Shown here piece after piece: positions 20,095 to 29,770 of a stretch of DNA of 32,000 bases. Source of the stretch: Prochlorococcus marinus subsp. pastoris str. CCMP1986. Its GTDB lineage: Bacteria > Cyanobacteriota > Cyanobacteriia > PCC-6307 > Cyanobiaceae. The first letter of the stretch is position 1. Every line of letters starts with the position of its first letter. The stretch spans positions 1,560,001 through 1,592,000 of the forward strand of contig NC_005072.1 of the NCBI RefSeq assembly GCF_000011465.1. The letters run 5' to 3'. A program made the position numbers and the translations under genes. The notes beneath the pieces were generated by a model. It saw nothing but the letters and a program-made list of their open reading frames with translations, made no database searches and was not told where the DNA came from.

Positions 20095-20904
20095 TTAGGA
20101 GACTTTTTCTTTAATCATTGAATTTTTCAAAGATTCTTTTAGGCCTCTAACAACAGCAACCATTGATATTAAATCATCTAATTTATTTACTACAGATCCA
20201 ACTCCGACTGCAGAAGCTCCACATGATACTGCCAAAGGACATGTTACCTCACTTAAACCTGAAGCACTCATGATAGGAATATTAATAGACTGTTTCTCAA
20301 ATTCCTTGAATATTGCAAAAGTAGCCGCCAAAGTAGGTACTGACTTTTCTAATAATCCTTGAATTCCTGAACTATATGGGTTAGAACTTTTGCCTCCTTC
20401 AGTTTGAATGATATCAGCGCCTTCAAGAACTAATTTAATTGCAAGATCTACTTGTTTATCAATAGGCATATTATGTGGAACTGTCACTGATAGAGGAATA
20501 TTAGGTAAAAGATCTTTAGTTTCTTTTGTAAGATTTAAAATTTTCTCCTCCGAAAAAGTAATTCCTTGGTCATAAAAACTATCATAATTGCCTATTTCTA
20601 TTAAAGAAGCTCCTGCCTTAACTGAATTTATAAAAGACTTAGGCTCTACGGAACTTACGCAAATTGGTAATCGTGAAATCTCAATCGCGGATTCAACTAA
20701 TTCAGGTTTACAAGCTATATCAATTAAATCGGCTCCGCCCATCGAGGCTGCTTCTACAATTTTGTTAACAGTTTGGGTTTCAAAATTACTTAATCCTGAA
20801 ATAACTTTGAGTAAAGTTTTACTGCTAAGCTCTTCTTGAATTTTTTGTGGCAAAAGATTAATCAGACTCATAGATTTGATGAATTTATTACCTGATTGTG
20901 ACAT
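20095..20904 (-). CDS. ycf23: Ycf23/DUF561 TIM-barrel protein (conserved cyanobacterial/plastid protein of unknown function)
   Basis: The conserved core begins at LLKVISGLSNF ... GGADLIDIACKPELV. The maximal ORF reaches 20955, only 1 nt from the divergent tilS ATG. I prefer the internal ATG at 20904 (MSQSGNK...), and another ATG lies at 20871. The start is uncertain. Confidence 0.75.
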   Translation of the reverse strand: MSQSGNKFIKSMSLINLLPQKIQEELSSKTLLKVISGLSNFETQTVNKIVEAASMGGADLIDIACKPELVESAIEISRLPICVSSVEPKSFINSVKAGASLIEIGNYDSFYDQGITFSEEKILNLTKETKDLLPNIPLSVTVPHNMPIDKQVDLAIKLVLEGADIIQTEGGKSSNPYSSGIQGLLEKSVPTLAATFAIFKEFEKQSINIPIMSASGLSEVTCPLAVSCGASAVGVGSVVNKLDDLISMVAVVRGLKESLKNSMIKEKVS

Positions 20905-20956
20905 TGTTTTATTAAAACAGTGAATTTTTAAAAAAATATTATCTGAGTTAAACAAT

Positions 20957-21967
20957 ATGTCTGATAAAAATTCGTCGCAAAAAAATTGGACATCTTGGCA
21001 TCATCTCCTGCACAAAGAAATTTTGGGCAATAAAACATTAATTCCTGATGGAGCAAATCTATTAATAGCAGTTTCTGGAGGACAAGATTCGATGGCTTTA
21101 TTGAACCTAATCAACGATATGAAAACGCAACATAATTGGTTTGTGAATGTTTGGCATGGAGATCATCAATGGCATAAAAAATCAGCGAAATATGCACTTG
21201 AATTGAAAAGTTACTGTAATAAAAAAAATATTTCATTCTTTTTTGATCAAGCAAATAAAAATAATATTTCTTCTGAAGAAAAAGCAAGAGATTGGAGATA
21301 CAAGAAATTAAGTGAAAGGGCAAATCAATTATTAATTGAGAACCAAAAGGAAATTGATATTTACTTGTTAACTGGTCACACGAATACAGATAATGCAGAA
21401 ACATTTTTATTAAATTTAGCTAGAGGAAGCAATTATGCAGGACTAAGCAATATCAACAAAAAAAGATTACTTAAACATCACATTTTTTTAATAAGACCAT
21501 TATTGATATTTTCTAGAGAAGATACCAAAAAGTTTTGCCAACTTCAAAACATTCCCATTTGGGAAGACCCGACTAACTGTGATCTAACAATTAAGAGAAA
21601 TATTGTAAGAAAAGAAATTATTCCTATTTTAGAAACTATGTATCCTGGTTGTTCTAAGAGGATAAATAGTTTTGCAGAAAAAATGAGCAATTATAAGAAT
21701 GAGCAAAATGATCTCAGTAAGCTTGCATCCCTTTATTGTGAAGATGCAATTGGTGTAAAGAGGGAATTATTAAATAGCTTATGCATTGAAGCAAGATGTA
21801 CTATTTTAAATACTTTTCTAAAAAAGGATTGTACAAAACAATTAAGCTCAAAAAATTTAACTCATTTAGCTTCTTCAATTCTTGTGAAAGATAGAGGCAA
21901 AATAGATTTACCAGATGGATTTGAGATTGTTTGGAATAAGGACTATATAAATCTAGAAAAAAACTAG
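20957..21967 (+). CDS. tilS: tRNA(Ile)-lysidine synthase
   Basis: 336 aa. PP-loop ATP pyrophosphatase motif AVSGGQDSMAL, then LTGHTNTDNAETFLLNLARG. Confidence 0.9.
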   Translation: MSDKNSSQKNWTSWHHLLHKEILGNKTLIPDGANLLIAVSGGQDSMALLNLINDMKTQHNWFVNVWHGDHQWHKKSAKYALELKSYCNKKNISFFFDQANKNNISSEEKARDWRYKKLSERANQLLIENQKEIDIYLLTGHTNTDNAETFLLNLARGSNYAGLSNINKKRLLKHHIFLIRPLLIFSREDTKKFCQLQNIPIWEDPTNCDLTIKRNIVRKEIIPILETMYPGCSKRINSFAEKMSNYKNEQNDLSKLASLYCEDAIGVKRELLNSLCIEARCTILNTFLKKDCTKQLSSKNLTHLASSILVKDRGKIDLPDGFEIVWNKDYINLEKN

Positions 21968-23967
21968 TTTGATACTGCAGATCTCCTTCTTCTAGTCCTA
22001 CCTGCAGGTGCCTCCTCTGTCTTAGCCACTGGAGTTTTAACAGAATCTTTTACAGATTGATTATTCTTTACTTGATTTGTATTTCTAGCTGATGGATTAT
22101 TTTTATAATTATTTTGATTGCGGTTTATATTTTGATTATTAACATTTGGATAATGTTTATTTTTTGGATGATGATTTTGCTCATTAACTATTTGAGGTTT
22201 ATAAGCTCGGGTTCCGCTTGGAGCAGGTTGAGCTAAGCATAGAATTAATGGCTCTACTTGTAATTCTCTTCGCATTCTTCTAGTTAAACCATTTTCAATC
22301 TCTCTTTGGACCCCAATCCAATCAACTTCAAAACTATTGGGACTGGTTTGTCTTGATAATTGTTTCCAGCGGTTTTCTAATACCCAATTTATCTCCCTTT
22401 CGGTCCACATTGACATTTTTCTTGGATCAGCTGATATTACTACCCCTCTTAAACTTACTCGTGGTGGAGCTACCATATTACCATCTGTACTTATAGGGGC
22501 TAAAACAGTAACTATTCCATCATCTGCTAACTGCTGTCTCTCTTTTAGAGCTCTTGCATCTACCACACAAGTCCTTGTATTATCCAGCATTTCAATTCCA
22601 GACTTTACTGGATCTCCTTGAATCATTGAATCAGCTCTAAGCTCAATTGTGTCTCCATTATCAAGGATGAGTATATTATTGGGATCTACGCCCATCGATT
22701 CAGCGGTTTTACCATGCAAAACTTGCATTCTATATTCGCCATGTACTGGAACAAAAAACTTTGGTTTAATTAACGCTAGCATCAATCTTTGATCATCTCT
22801 ACATCCATGACCAGAAACATGAATTCCATGTTCTTTACCATAAATAACATTAGCTCCCAATTTAATTAACCTATCAATACTATGCACTACAGAAATTGTA
22901 TTTCCTGGAATTGGACTGGAAGAAAAAATTACTGTATCCGTAGTTTTGAGTTTAACGTGTGGATGTTCATCTCTTCCAATCCTACTTAATGCAGCCATTA
23001 CCTCACCTTGACTACCTGTCATTAAGAGTAGAGTTTCTCTATCAGGTAAATCTCTTATGCTTTTAATTGGGAAAAAGAGATCGTCAGGACACTTTATATA
23101 ACCTAATTCACGACATTTACCAACAACATTTAACATTGACCGTCCCATTAATCCAATTTTACGTCCATGCTTCATTGCTAATTGGATCACCATCGCAACT
23201 CTATGGGTTGAACTTGCAAAAGTGGTAAGCATAACTCTACCTTTGGCTTCAGATATTATTCGATCTAAATTTGGAAAAACAGAAATTTCTGAAGGAACAA
23301 AACCCTTTACTTCGGAATTTGTAGAGTCCGAGAGTAAGCAAAGAACACCCTTCTCTCCATAAAATGCCATTCTTTCAATATCAGCATGTTTGTTATCAGG
23401 TGGCAGATGATCAAATTTAAAATCCCCAGTAAAGAAAACAACACCTACTGGAGTAGTTAGAGCTAAAGAAAAACTATCCCCAATTGAGTGAGTATTACGT
23501 ATAAATTCTAATGAAAAATGCTGGCCAAGTTTGACAACTTGCCTTGGTTCTATAGTCTGTGTTGTTGTCCTATCAGCCACACCTGCTTCTTCCATTTTTC
23601 CTTTAAGCATTGATATCGCTAAAGGTGGACCATAAATCACAGGAATATTAAATTTCTTTAAATGATGAGAAATTCCACCAATATGGTCTTCGTGACCATG
23701 GGTTACTATCATTCCACGAAATCTATTTAAGTTAGCTTGCAAATAGGATGTATCAGGCATAACAACATTCACTCCATGCATGCCATCACTTGGAAAAGCG
23801 AGTCCCCCATCTATTAAAATGATGTCATCTTGGTATTCAAAAACACATGTATTTTTACCTATTTCATGAAGACCCCCTAATGGAATAATTTTTAAAGCAG
23901 GTTCAATTGATCTTTTTGTTTGAGATAAGGTTTGAGTATTATTTGATTTGATTTGATTTGAATTCAT
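21964..23967 (-). CDS. rnj: Ribonuclease J (metallo-beta-lactamase/beta-CASP) with a low-complexity C-terminal tail
   Basis: 667 aa. Motifs IIPLGGLHEIGKN and THGHEDHIGG, with beta-CASP and RNase J C-terminal regions. The last roughly 73 aa are N/Q/K-rich and end in GRTRRRRSAVSN. Confidence 0.95.
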   Translation of the reverse strand: MNSNQIKSNNTQTLSQTKRSIEPALKIIPLGGLHEIGKNTCVFEYQDDIILIDGGLAFPSDGMHGVNVVMPDTSYLQANLNRFRGMIVTHGHEDHIGGISHHLKKFNIPVIYGPPLAISMLKGKMEEAGVADRTTTQTIEPRQVVKLGQHFSLEFIRNTHSIGDSFSLALTTPVGVVFFTGDFKFDHLPPDNKHADIERMAFYGEKGVLCLLSDSTNSEVKGFVPSEISVFPNLDRIISEAKGRVMLTTFASSTHRVAMVIQLAMKHGRKIGLMGRSMLNVVGKCRELGYIKCPDDLFFPIKSIRDLPDRETLLLMTGSQGEVMAALSRIGRDEHPHVKLKTTDTVIFSSSPIPGNTISVVHSIDRLIKLGANVIYGKEHGIHVSGHGCRDDQRLMLALIKPKFFVPVHGEYRMQVLHGKTAESMGVDPNNILILDNGDTIELRADSMIQGDPVKSGIEMLDNTRTCVVDARALKERQQLADDGIVTVLAPISTDGNMVAPPRVSLRGVVISADPRKMSMWTEREINWVLENRWKQLSRQTSPNSFEVDWIGVQREIENGLTRRMRRELQVEPLILCLAQPAPSGTRAYKPQIVNEQNHHPKNKHYPNVNNQNINRNQNNYKNNPSARNTNQVKNNQSVKDSVKTPVAKTEEAPAGRTRRRRSAVSN
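23941..23960. repeat. Pentanucleotide microsatellite (ATTTG)4, read as (CAAAT)4 on the coding strand, in codons 4-9 of rnj
   Basis: The plus strand reads atttg atttg atttg atttg immediately before the reverse-complemented ATG of rnj. Confidence 0.9.
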
Positions 23968-24043
23968 AATAGAAGTATTTTAACAAGCTAAAAATGTGGT
24001 TATTAAAGTCAAAGTAACTTTATTAAAGCGTTAAAAAAAGTAT

Positions 24044-24952
24044 TTACAAAGACAGATTTTGAATTATCTGAAGTAAGCTTTCTCTCTTTTCTTTAATAAG
24101 AGGCGTTAATGGATTCCTAGGAGAACCAACTTGCCAACCTCGTAGTTCTAAAGCTGCTTTGATGGGAATTGGATTTGTCGTTTCAAAGAGTGCCTTGAAA
24201 AGTGGTTGCAGTTTTTCATGAATATCAAGAGCAATAGATATTTCACCTTTTTGAAATGATTCAATCATAGTTTTAAGCTGCAACCCAACAATGTGGCTAG
24301 CTACGCTTACTACACCAACAGCACCAACAGATAACATAGGAAGCAACAATGAATCATCGCCACTATATATTGAAAGTTTAGAGCCGCACGCCGCCCTTAA
24401 CTCTGTCACTTCCTCTATTCTACCGCTTGCTGCTTTAATACTGAGAATATTTGGGAAATTCATAAGTTTATTTACAGTGGTGGGTAATAAATTACAACCA
24501 GTTCTTCCAGGGATGTTATACAACATTAAAGGCAAATCACTAGCTGCATTAGCTATAGAACTAAAGTGTTTATAAAGACCTTCTTGAGGGGGCTTATTGT
24601 AGTAAGGGACAACAACTAAAGCACCATCCGCACCAAATTCATAAGCTTTTTGGGTAGCTTCTATAGCCTCACTGGTACAGTTACTACCTGTACCAACAAT
24701 AACTTTAGATCTAGAATTTAAAGAACCTTTTACTGCAACAAACAAATTATGTTGTTCAGCCCATGTAAGAGTTGGAGACTCTCCTGTGGTCCCACATAGC
24801 ACAATTCCATCAGAGCCATTTTCACAAAGGTAATTAGAAAGTTTAATAGCTAATTCATAATCAACTGCACCATTTTTTTTAAATGGAGTAACCATAGCTG
24901 TCAAAATTCTTCCGAATAATGGATTAGAAAATTTAGTATTGTTGGGAATCAT
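24044..24952 (-). CDS. dapA: 4-hydroxy-tetrahydrodipicolinate synthase
   Basis: 302 aa. Motif GTTGESPTL and the Schiff-base lysine context ILSIKAASG. Its start overlaps the asd stop as ATGA (24949..24952). Confidence 0.96.
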   Translation of the reverse strand: MIPNNTKFSNPLFGRILTAMVTPFKKNGAVDYELAIKLSNYLCENGSDGIVLCGTTGESPTLTWAEQHNLFVAVKGSLNSRSKVIVGTGSNCTSEAIEATQKAYEFGADGALVVVPYYNKPPQEGLYKHFSSIANAASDLPLMLYNIPGRTGCNLLPTTVNKLMNFPNILSIKAASGRIEEVTELRAACGSKLSIYSGDDSLLLPMLSVGAVGVVSVASHIVGLQLKTMIESFQKGEISIALDIHEKLQPLFKALFETTNPIPIKAALELRGWQVGSPRNPLTPLIKEKRESLLQIIQNLSL

Positions 24953-25980
24953 TTTTTTGCAATTAATAATTCTGCTATTTGAACAGCATTAAGTGCTGCT
25001 CCTTTCCTTATTTGATCTCCACATAACCATAATTCTAATCCATTAGAATTACTAATATCAGTTCTTATTCTTCCTACCGCAATATTATCTCTTCCCATCA
25101 CATCATTTGGCATCGGGAACCTATTTTTTTCATAATCTTCTATTATTTCTAAACCTTTAGCTTTTTTCAATTGATTAATAGCATAAGAAGGTTTGATAAC
25201 ATCATCAAATTCAACATTCACTGATTCAGAATGAGCTCTAAGAACGGGAACTCGAACGCATGTTGAAGACAGTTTTAAATCAGTAATATTTAGTATTTTG
25301 CGAGTTTCATTTGTCATTTTCATCTCTTCTTCGCAGTAATTATTTGAAAGCATTGGTGAATTATGTAGAAAGAGATTAAATGCTAAGGAATATGGTAAGA
25401 CTTCACTTTCTTTGGGATCTCCCTGCAAATATTTCTTAGTTAAAAACTGTAATTCCTCCATTGCTAATTGACCAGCTCCACTTACCGATTGATAAGTTGA
25501 AACGATTACTCTTTTAATCGGAGAAATTTTATTCAAAGGAGCTAAAACTAGAGTCAGTAATATTGTTGTGCAATTCGGATTAGCGATGACACCATTATGC
25601 TTTAAAGCTTCACAAGCATTTACTTCCGGAACAACAAGAGGAACATCATTTTCTAATCTGAATGCACTTGAATTATCAATTAGTACAGCATTTTGATCTT
25701 TAACTGTAGATAGCCACTGTTTTGAAATACTTCCACCTGCGGAAGCAAGAACTAAATCAACATTCAAAAATTCTTCTTTTGAAGCTTTTTTAGTAATAAT
25801 TTCTTCTCCTTTCCATTTGACTATTTTCCCTTCTGACCGCTGAGATGAAAGCAAAACTAATTCTGAGATAGGAAAGTCTCTTTCTTCAAGAATTTTAAGA
25901 AGTTCAGATCCAACAGCACCTGAAGAACCTAAAACAGCTACTTTTAATGGTCTATTTGGTAAAAAAGGAGAATTTCTCAC
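24949..25980 (-). CDS. asd: Aspartate-semialdehyde dehydrogenase
   Basis: 343 aa. NAD(P)-binding motif VLGSSGAVG and the active-site cysteine context [10 protein letters not shown]. Confidence 0.96.
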   Translation of the reverse strand: MRNSPFLPNRPLKVAVLGSSGAVGSELLKILEERDFPISELVLLSSQRSEGKIVKWKGEEIITKKASKEEFLNVDLVLASAGGSISKQWLSTVKDQNAVLIDNSSAFRLENDVPLVVPEVNACEALKHNGVIANPNCTTILLTLVLAPLNKISPIKRVIVSTYQSVSGAGQLAMEELQFLTKKYLQGDPKESEVLPYSLAFNLFLHNSPMLSNNYCEEEMKMTNETRKILNITDLKLSSTCVRVPVLRAHSESVNVEFDDVIKPSYAINQLKKAKGLEIIEDYEKNRFPMPNDVMGRDNIAVGRIRTDISNSNGLELWLCGDQIRKGAALNAVQIAELLIAKK

Positions 25981-26107
25981 TATATAAATTAAAAAATTAT
26001 AAGATTTAATATTTTTCTTACTGTATCAAAAAAGTTAACTTCAAGGAAATCACTTAATGTGGAATAATTAAGATTCTGCCTATTGTAATAATTTTAAAAA
26101 CTCAAAC

Positions 26108-27529
26108 ATGATTAAAGAAGAATTAATAGTAAAAACTACCGCACTACCCCAAAGTAGAATTGCACTTGAATTAGAAATACCATCTAATACATGCAAATCA
26201 TGCGTAAATGAGACAATAAATTCAATTAGTCGTTCGGCCAAAATTCCTGGGTTTAGGCTTGGCAAAATTCCAAAACAAGTATTAATACAACGAATCGGCA
26301 TTACACAACTACATGCCTCTGCCCTAGAAAAAATAATTGATAAATCTTGGAACCAAGCTTTAAAGATGGAATCAATAGAGCCACTAAGTGAACCAGAATT
26401 AGTTGATGGATTTGAATCAATACTAAAATTTTTTAATCCGGAAAAACCTTTAAAAATTACTCTACAAACTGATATTGCACCCGAATTTAAATTAAAAAAA
26501 TCAAAAGGTCTATCAGTTGAGATTAAAAAAAGTAAGTTTGACCCCAAATCCATAGATGAAGCTTTGGAAAAATCAAGAAATCAATTAGCAAATATTATTC
26601 CAGTTAATAACAGGCCTGCTAAGTTAGGAGACATCGCGGTAGTTAGTTTCAAAGGTGTTTACAAAGATTCCAAAAAAGAAATCGACGGGGGATCTAGTGA
26701 TTCAATGGATCTTGAATTAGAAAAGAACAAAATGATTCCAGGCTTCGTTGAGGGAATTGTTGGTATGAAAATTGATGATAATAAAACTCTTACTCTAAGA
26801 TTTCCTGAAGACTATTCTCATGAAGATTCCAGAGGTAAAGAAGCAATTTTTGACATAAGTCTTAAAGATCTTAAAGAAAAAGAATTACCCGAACTTAATG
26901 ATGATTTTGCAAAACAATCTGGAAATAAAGATTCATTAAAAGAACTAAAAAAAGATATAGAAAAACAACTAAAGGAGAATTTTGATAATACTCAAAAAAA
27001 TATAAAAGTTGAAGCTTTAATGGATGCACTATCCAAAGAGTTAGATGCCGAGATTCCAAAAGCAATGATTGATATTGAAGTTAGAAATAATATTGAACAA
27101 ACAGCGCAAAGATTTGCTCAACAAGGCATGGATATTAAATCAACATTTACTCCAGAATTGGTGAAATCTTTAGCAGAATCAACTCGTCCTCAAGCTGAAA
27201 AAAATGTTCAAAGAAATTTAGCTTTAAAAGCATTATCAGAAAGAGAAAAAATCACAGTCGATAATGAAGAAATAGATCAGAAAATGAAGGAATATGAAGA
27301 TGAAATTTCTAAATCACCAAAACAAATTGACATTCAGAAATTAAAAGATGTAGTTCGCAACGATCTCCTACAAGAAAAGTTAATCACTTGGCTTGAAGAA
27401 AATTCAGCAGTAAAAGAAATAAATGAAAAAGCAACAAAATTAACCACAAAAACAACCACAAAAGCAACTACCAAAAAAGGAGTTAAAACTAAAAGTAAAC
27501 CCAAGGTAAACAAAAAAGAAAAAAATTAA
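26108..27529 (+). CDS. tig: Trigger factor
   Basis: 473 aa. Ribosome-binding signature GFRLGKIP, a central FKBP-like PPIase region, and a Lys/Thr-rich C-terminal tail. Confidence 0.95.
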   Translation: MIKEELIVKTTALPQSRIALELEIPSNTCKSCVNETINSISRSAKIPGFRLGKIPKQVLIQRIGITQLHASALEKIIDKSWNQALKMESIEPLSEPELVDGFESILKFFNPEKPLKITLQTDIAPEFKLKKSKGLSVEIKKSKFDPKSIDEALEKSRNQLANIIPVNNRPAKLGDIAVVSFKGVYKDSKKEIDGGSSDSMDLELEKNKMIPGFVEGIVGMKIDDNKTLTLRFPEDYSHEDSRGKEAIFDISLKDLKEKELPELNDDFAKQSGNKDSLKELKKDIEKQLKENFDNTQKNIKVEALMDALSKELDAEIPKAMIDIEVRNNIEQTAQRFAQQGMDIKSTFTPELVKSLAESTRPQAEKNVQRNLALKALSEREKITVDNEEIDQKMKEYEDEISKSPKQIDIQKLKDVVRNDLLQEKLITWLEENSAVKEINEKATKLTTKTTTKATTKKGVKTKSKPKVNKKEKN

Positions 27530-27594
27530 TTTATAAAAAATTTAACTATTCAGCAAAAAAACCCTTAAATTAGATTAAGAAAGAGATTAACTAA

Positions 27595-28242
27595 GTGTAT
27601 TCTGAAAAAAAACATTTAATCCAAAGCTCAATAAATTCTCGCGATATTGATAAATCGAGATCTGCTGTTCCTACTGTAGTAGAACAATCTGGAAGAGGAG
27701 AAAGAGCATTTGATATTTATTCAAGATTATTAAGAGAAAGGATAATATTTTTAGGTACCGGGATTAATGATCAAGTATCAGATTCATTAGTTGCACAATT
27801 ATTATTTCTAGAAGCAGAAGATCCTCACAAAGATATACAAATATATATTAATTCTCCCGGTGGCTCTGTTACTGCTGGATTAGCTATATACGATACAATG
27901 CAGCAAATCTCTCCAGACGTTGTAACAATCTGTTTTGGTGTAGCTGCAAGTATGGGGGCATTCCTCCTTAGTGGGGGGGCGAAAGGGAAAAGGTTAGCTT
28001 TACCTAATTCGAGAATAATGATTCACCAACCACTTGGAGGTGCTCAAGGCCAAGCAGTTGAAATTGAAATACAAGCAAAAGAAATACTATTTCTCAAAAA
28101 AACATTAAATTCTCTTTTAGCAAAACATACTAATCAATCTTTAGAAAAAATTAATGAAGATACTGAAAGAGACTATTTTCTATCGCCTGAAGAAGCAGTT
28201 GAATACGGACTAATTGATAAAGTCATAAAAAATGACAAGTAA
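27595..28242 (+). CDS. clpP: ATP-dependent Clp protease proteolytic subunit
   Basis: 215 aa. Catalytic Ser context AASMGAFLL and His context MIHQPLGG. The GTG start follows an in-frame TAA directly, and there is no ATG upstream of the conserved core. It is adjacent to clpX, as in the cyanobacterial clpP2-clpX pair. Confidence 0.93.
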   Translation: MYSEKKHLIQSSINSRDIDKSRSAVPTVVEQSGRGERAFDIYSRLLRERIIFLGTGINDQVSDSLVAQLLFLEAEDPHKDIQIYINSPGGSVTAGLAIYDTMQQISPDVVTICFGVAASMGAFLLSGGAKGKRLALPNSRIMIHQPLGGAQGQAVEIEIQAKEILFLKKTLNSLLAKHTNQSLEKINEDTERDYFLSPEEAVEYGLIDKVIKNDK

Positions 28243-28345
28243 AAGGAATATTTTAAGAATATGATGACGAATCCAATTTTATAAGCAATCCTAATAAGTA
28301 AGGGATATTTAACCTTTTTTTATTCTACACAAGCTTTGATAATCG

Positions 28346-29713
28346 ATGGCTAAATTCGACGCCCATCTAAAATGTTCTTTTTGTGGTAAATCACAAGATC
28401 AAGTTAGAAAACTTATAGCTGGTCCAGGGGTTTACATTTGTGATGAATGCATAGACCTTTGTAATGAAATTCTTGATGAAGAATTAATTGATACTCAAGC
28501 AAAAATCAATAACTCACCTCAAGTAAAGAAAAAATTACCAACTAATAATTCTGATAAATCTATTCCTTTAGAATTAACTTCTATCCCCAAACCACTTGAA
28601 ATTAAAACTTTTCTTGATAACCAAGTTGTAGGTCAAGAATCTGCAAAAAAAATACTATCAGTTGCTGTTTATAATCACTATAAAAGACTAGCCTGGAGAT
28701 TAAAAGAAGAAAATAAAGAAAATGATTCTAATGATTTACAAGCAACTAAACTACAAAAATCAAACATCTTACTAATCGGCCCAACTGGAAGTGGTAAAAC
28801 GTTATTAGCACAAACTTTAGCTGAATTTCTTGATGTTCCTTTTGCAGTAGCTGATGCAACAAGTCTTACTGAAGCTGGATATGTCGGCGAAGATGTTGAA
28901 AATATCCTCTTGAGACTTCTACAAAAATCAGAAATGAATGTGGATTTAGCTCAAAAGGGGATCATATACATTGATGAAATAGACAAGATCGCCAGAAAGA
29001 GTGAAAACCCATCAATTACAAGAGATGTATCTGGAGAAGGAGTTCAACAAGCATTGTTAAAAATGCTTGAAGGAACAATTGCCAATGTTCCACCACAAGG
29101 AGGAAGAAAACACCCCAACCATGACTGTATTCAAATCGATACAAGCCAGATTTTATTTATATGTGGAGGTGCATTTATAGGTCTAGAGGATATTGTTCAA
29201 AAACGTTTAGGGAAAAATTCAATTGGATTTACTACCAACCCTGATGAAAGCAAAATAAATGCAAAAAAAATAATTGATTCCCGAGATGCTCTCAAGAATT
29301 TAGAACAAGATGATCTAGTCAAATATGGATTAATTCCAGAATTCATTGGAAGAATTCCTGTATGCGCGGTATTAGATCGTCTTTCTAAAGAAACTCTTGA
29401 ATCAATTCTGACAGAACCAAGAGACGCATTGGTAAAGCAATTTAAAACTTTATTAAGTATGGATAACGTTGAATTAAATTTCGAACCAGAGTCTGTGGAA
29501 GCAATCGCTAATGAAGCCTTTAAAAGAAAAACGGGCGCCAGAGCTCTTAGATCAATAATTGAAGAATTAATGCTTGATTTAATGTATACACTTCCATCAC
29601 AAGAAGAAGTTAAAGAGTTTATCATTACGAAAAAAATGGTAGACAAACTCTTCTTGTCGAAAATTGTTAAACTTCCAGCAGGATCTCAAAGGATTATTAA
29701 AGAATCTGCATAA
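28346..29713 (+). CDS. clpX: ATP-dependent Clp protease ATP-binding subunit ClpX
   Basis: 455 aa. N-terminal zinc-binding domain (CSFCGK ... CDEC), Walker A GPTGSGKT, pore loop GYVG, Walker [10 protein letters not shown]. Confidence 0.98.
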   Translation: MAKFDAHLKCSFCGKSQDQVRKLIAGPGVYICDECIDLCNEILDEELIDTQAKINNSPQVKKKLPTNNSDKSIPLELTSIPKPLEIKTFLDNQVVGQESAKKILSVAVYNHYKRLAWRLKEENKENDSNDLQATKLQKSNILLIGPTGSGKTLLAQTLAEFLDVPFAVADATSLTEAGYVGEDVENILLRLLQKSEMNVDLAQKGIIYIDEIDKIARKSENPSITRDVSGEGVQQALLKMLEGTIANVPPQGGRKHPNHDCIQIDTSQILFICGGAFIGLEDIVQKRLGKNSIGFTTNPDESKINAKKIIDSRDALKNLEQDDLVKYGLIPEFIGRIPVCAVLDRLSKETLESILTEPRDALVKQFKTLLSMDNVELNFEPESVEAIANEAFKRKTGARALRSIIEELMLDLMYTLPSQEEVKEFIITKKMVDKLFLSKIVKLPAGSQRIIKESA

Positions 29714-29770
29714 AAATTAAGGTTTTCGTTTTCCATAATTCAACTTTAATCATGTAATTAAAAATAATAA

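Noticed and set aside
26080-26553. 157-aa ORF on the minus strand, antisense to the 5' part of tig. A similar 149-aa antisense ORF lies in clpX at 29197..29646.
   Set aside because: Both lie entirely inside well-supported genes. Their products are Ser/Leu/Ile/Asn-rich with no recognisable motif. In this antisense frame, stops arise only where a tig codon ending in T or C is followed by a Tyr codon, or where a T-ending codon is followed by His or Gln. Those pairs are scarce in this Lys/Glu-rich stretch. The open frame therefore follows from the sense-strand composition and is not evidence of coding.
28300-28322. Possible terminator between clpP and clpX (AAGG ... CCTT followed by T7).
   Set aside because: The stem is only 4 bp, and clpP-clpX are expected to be co-transcribed. 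The T-run alone is not informative in AT-rich DNA.
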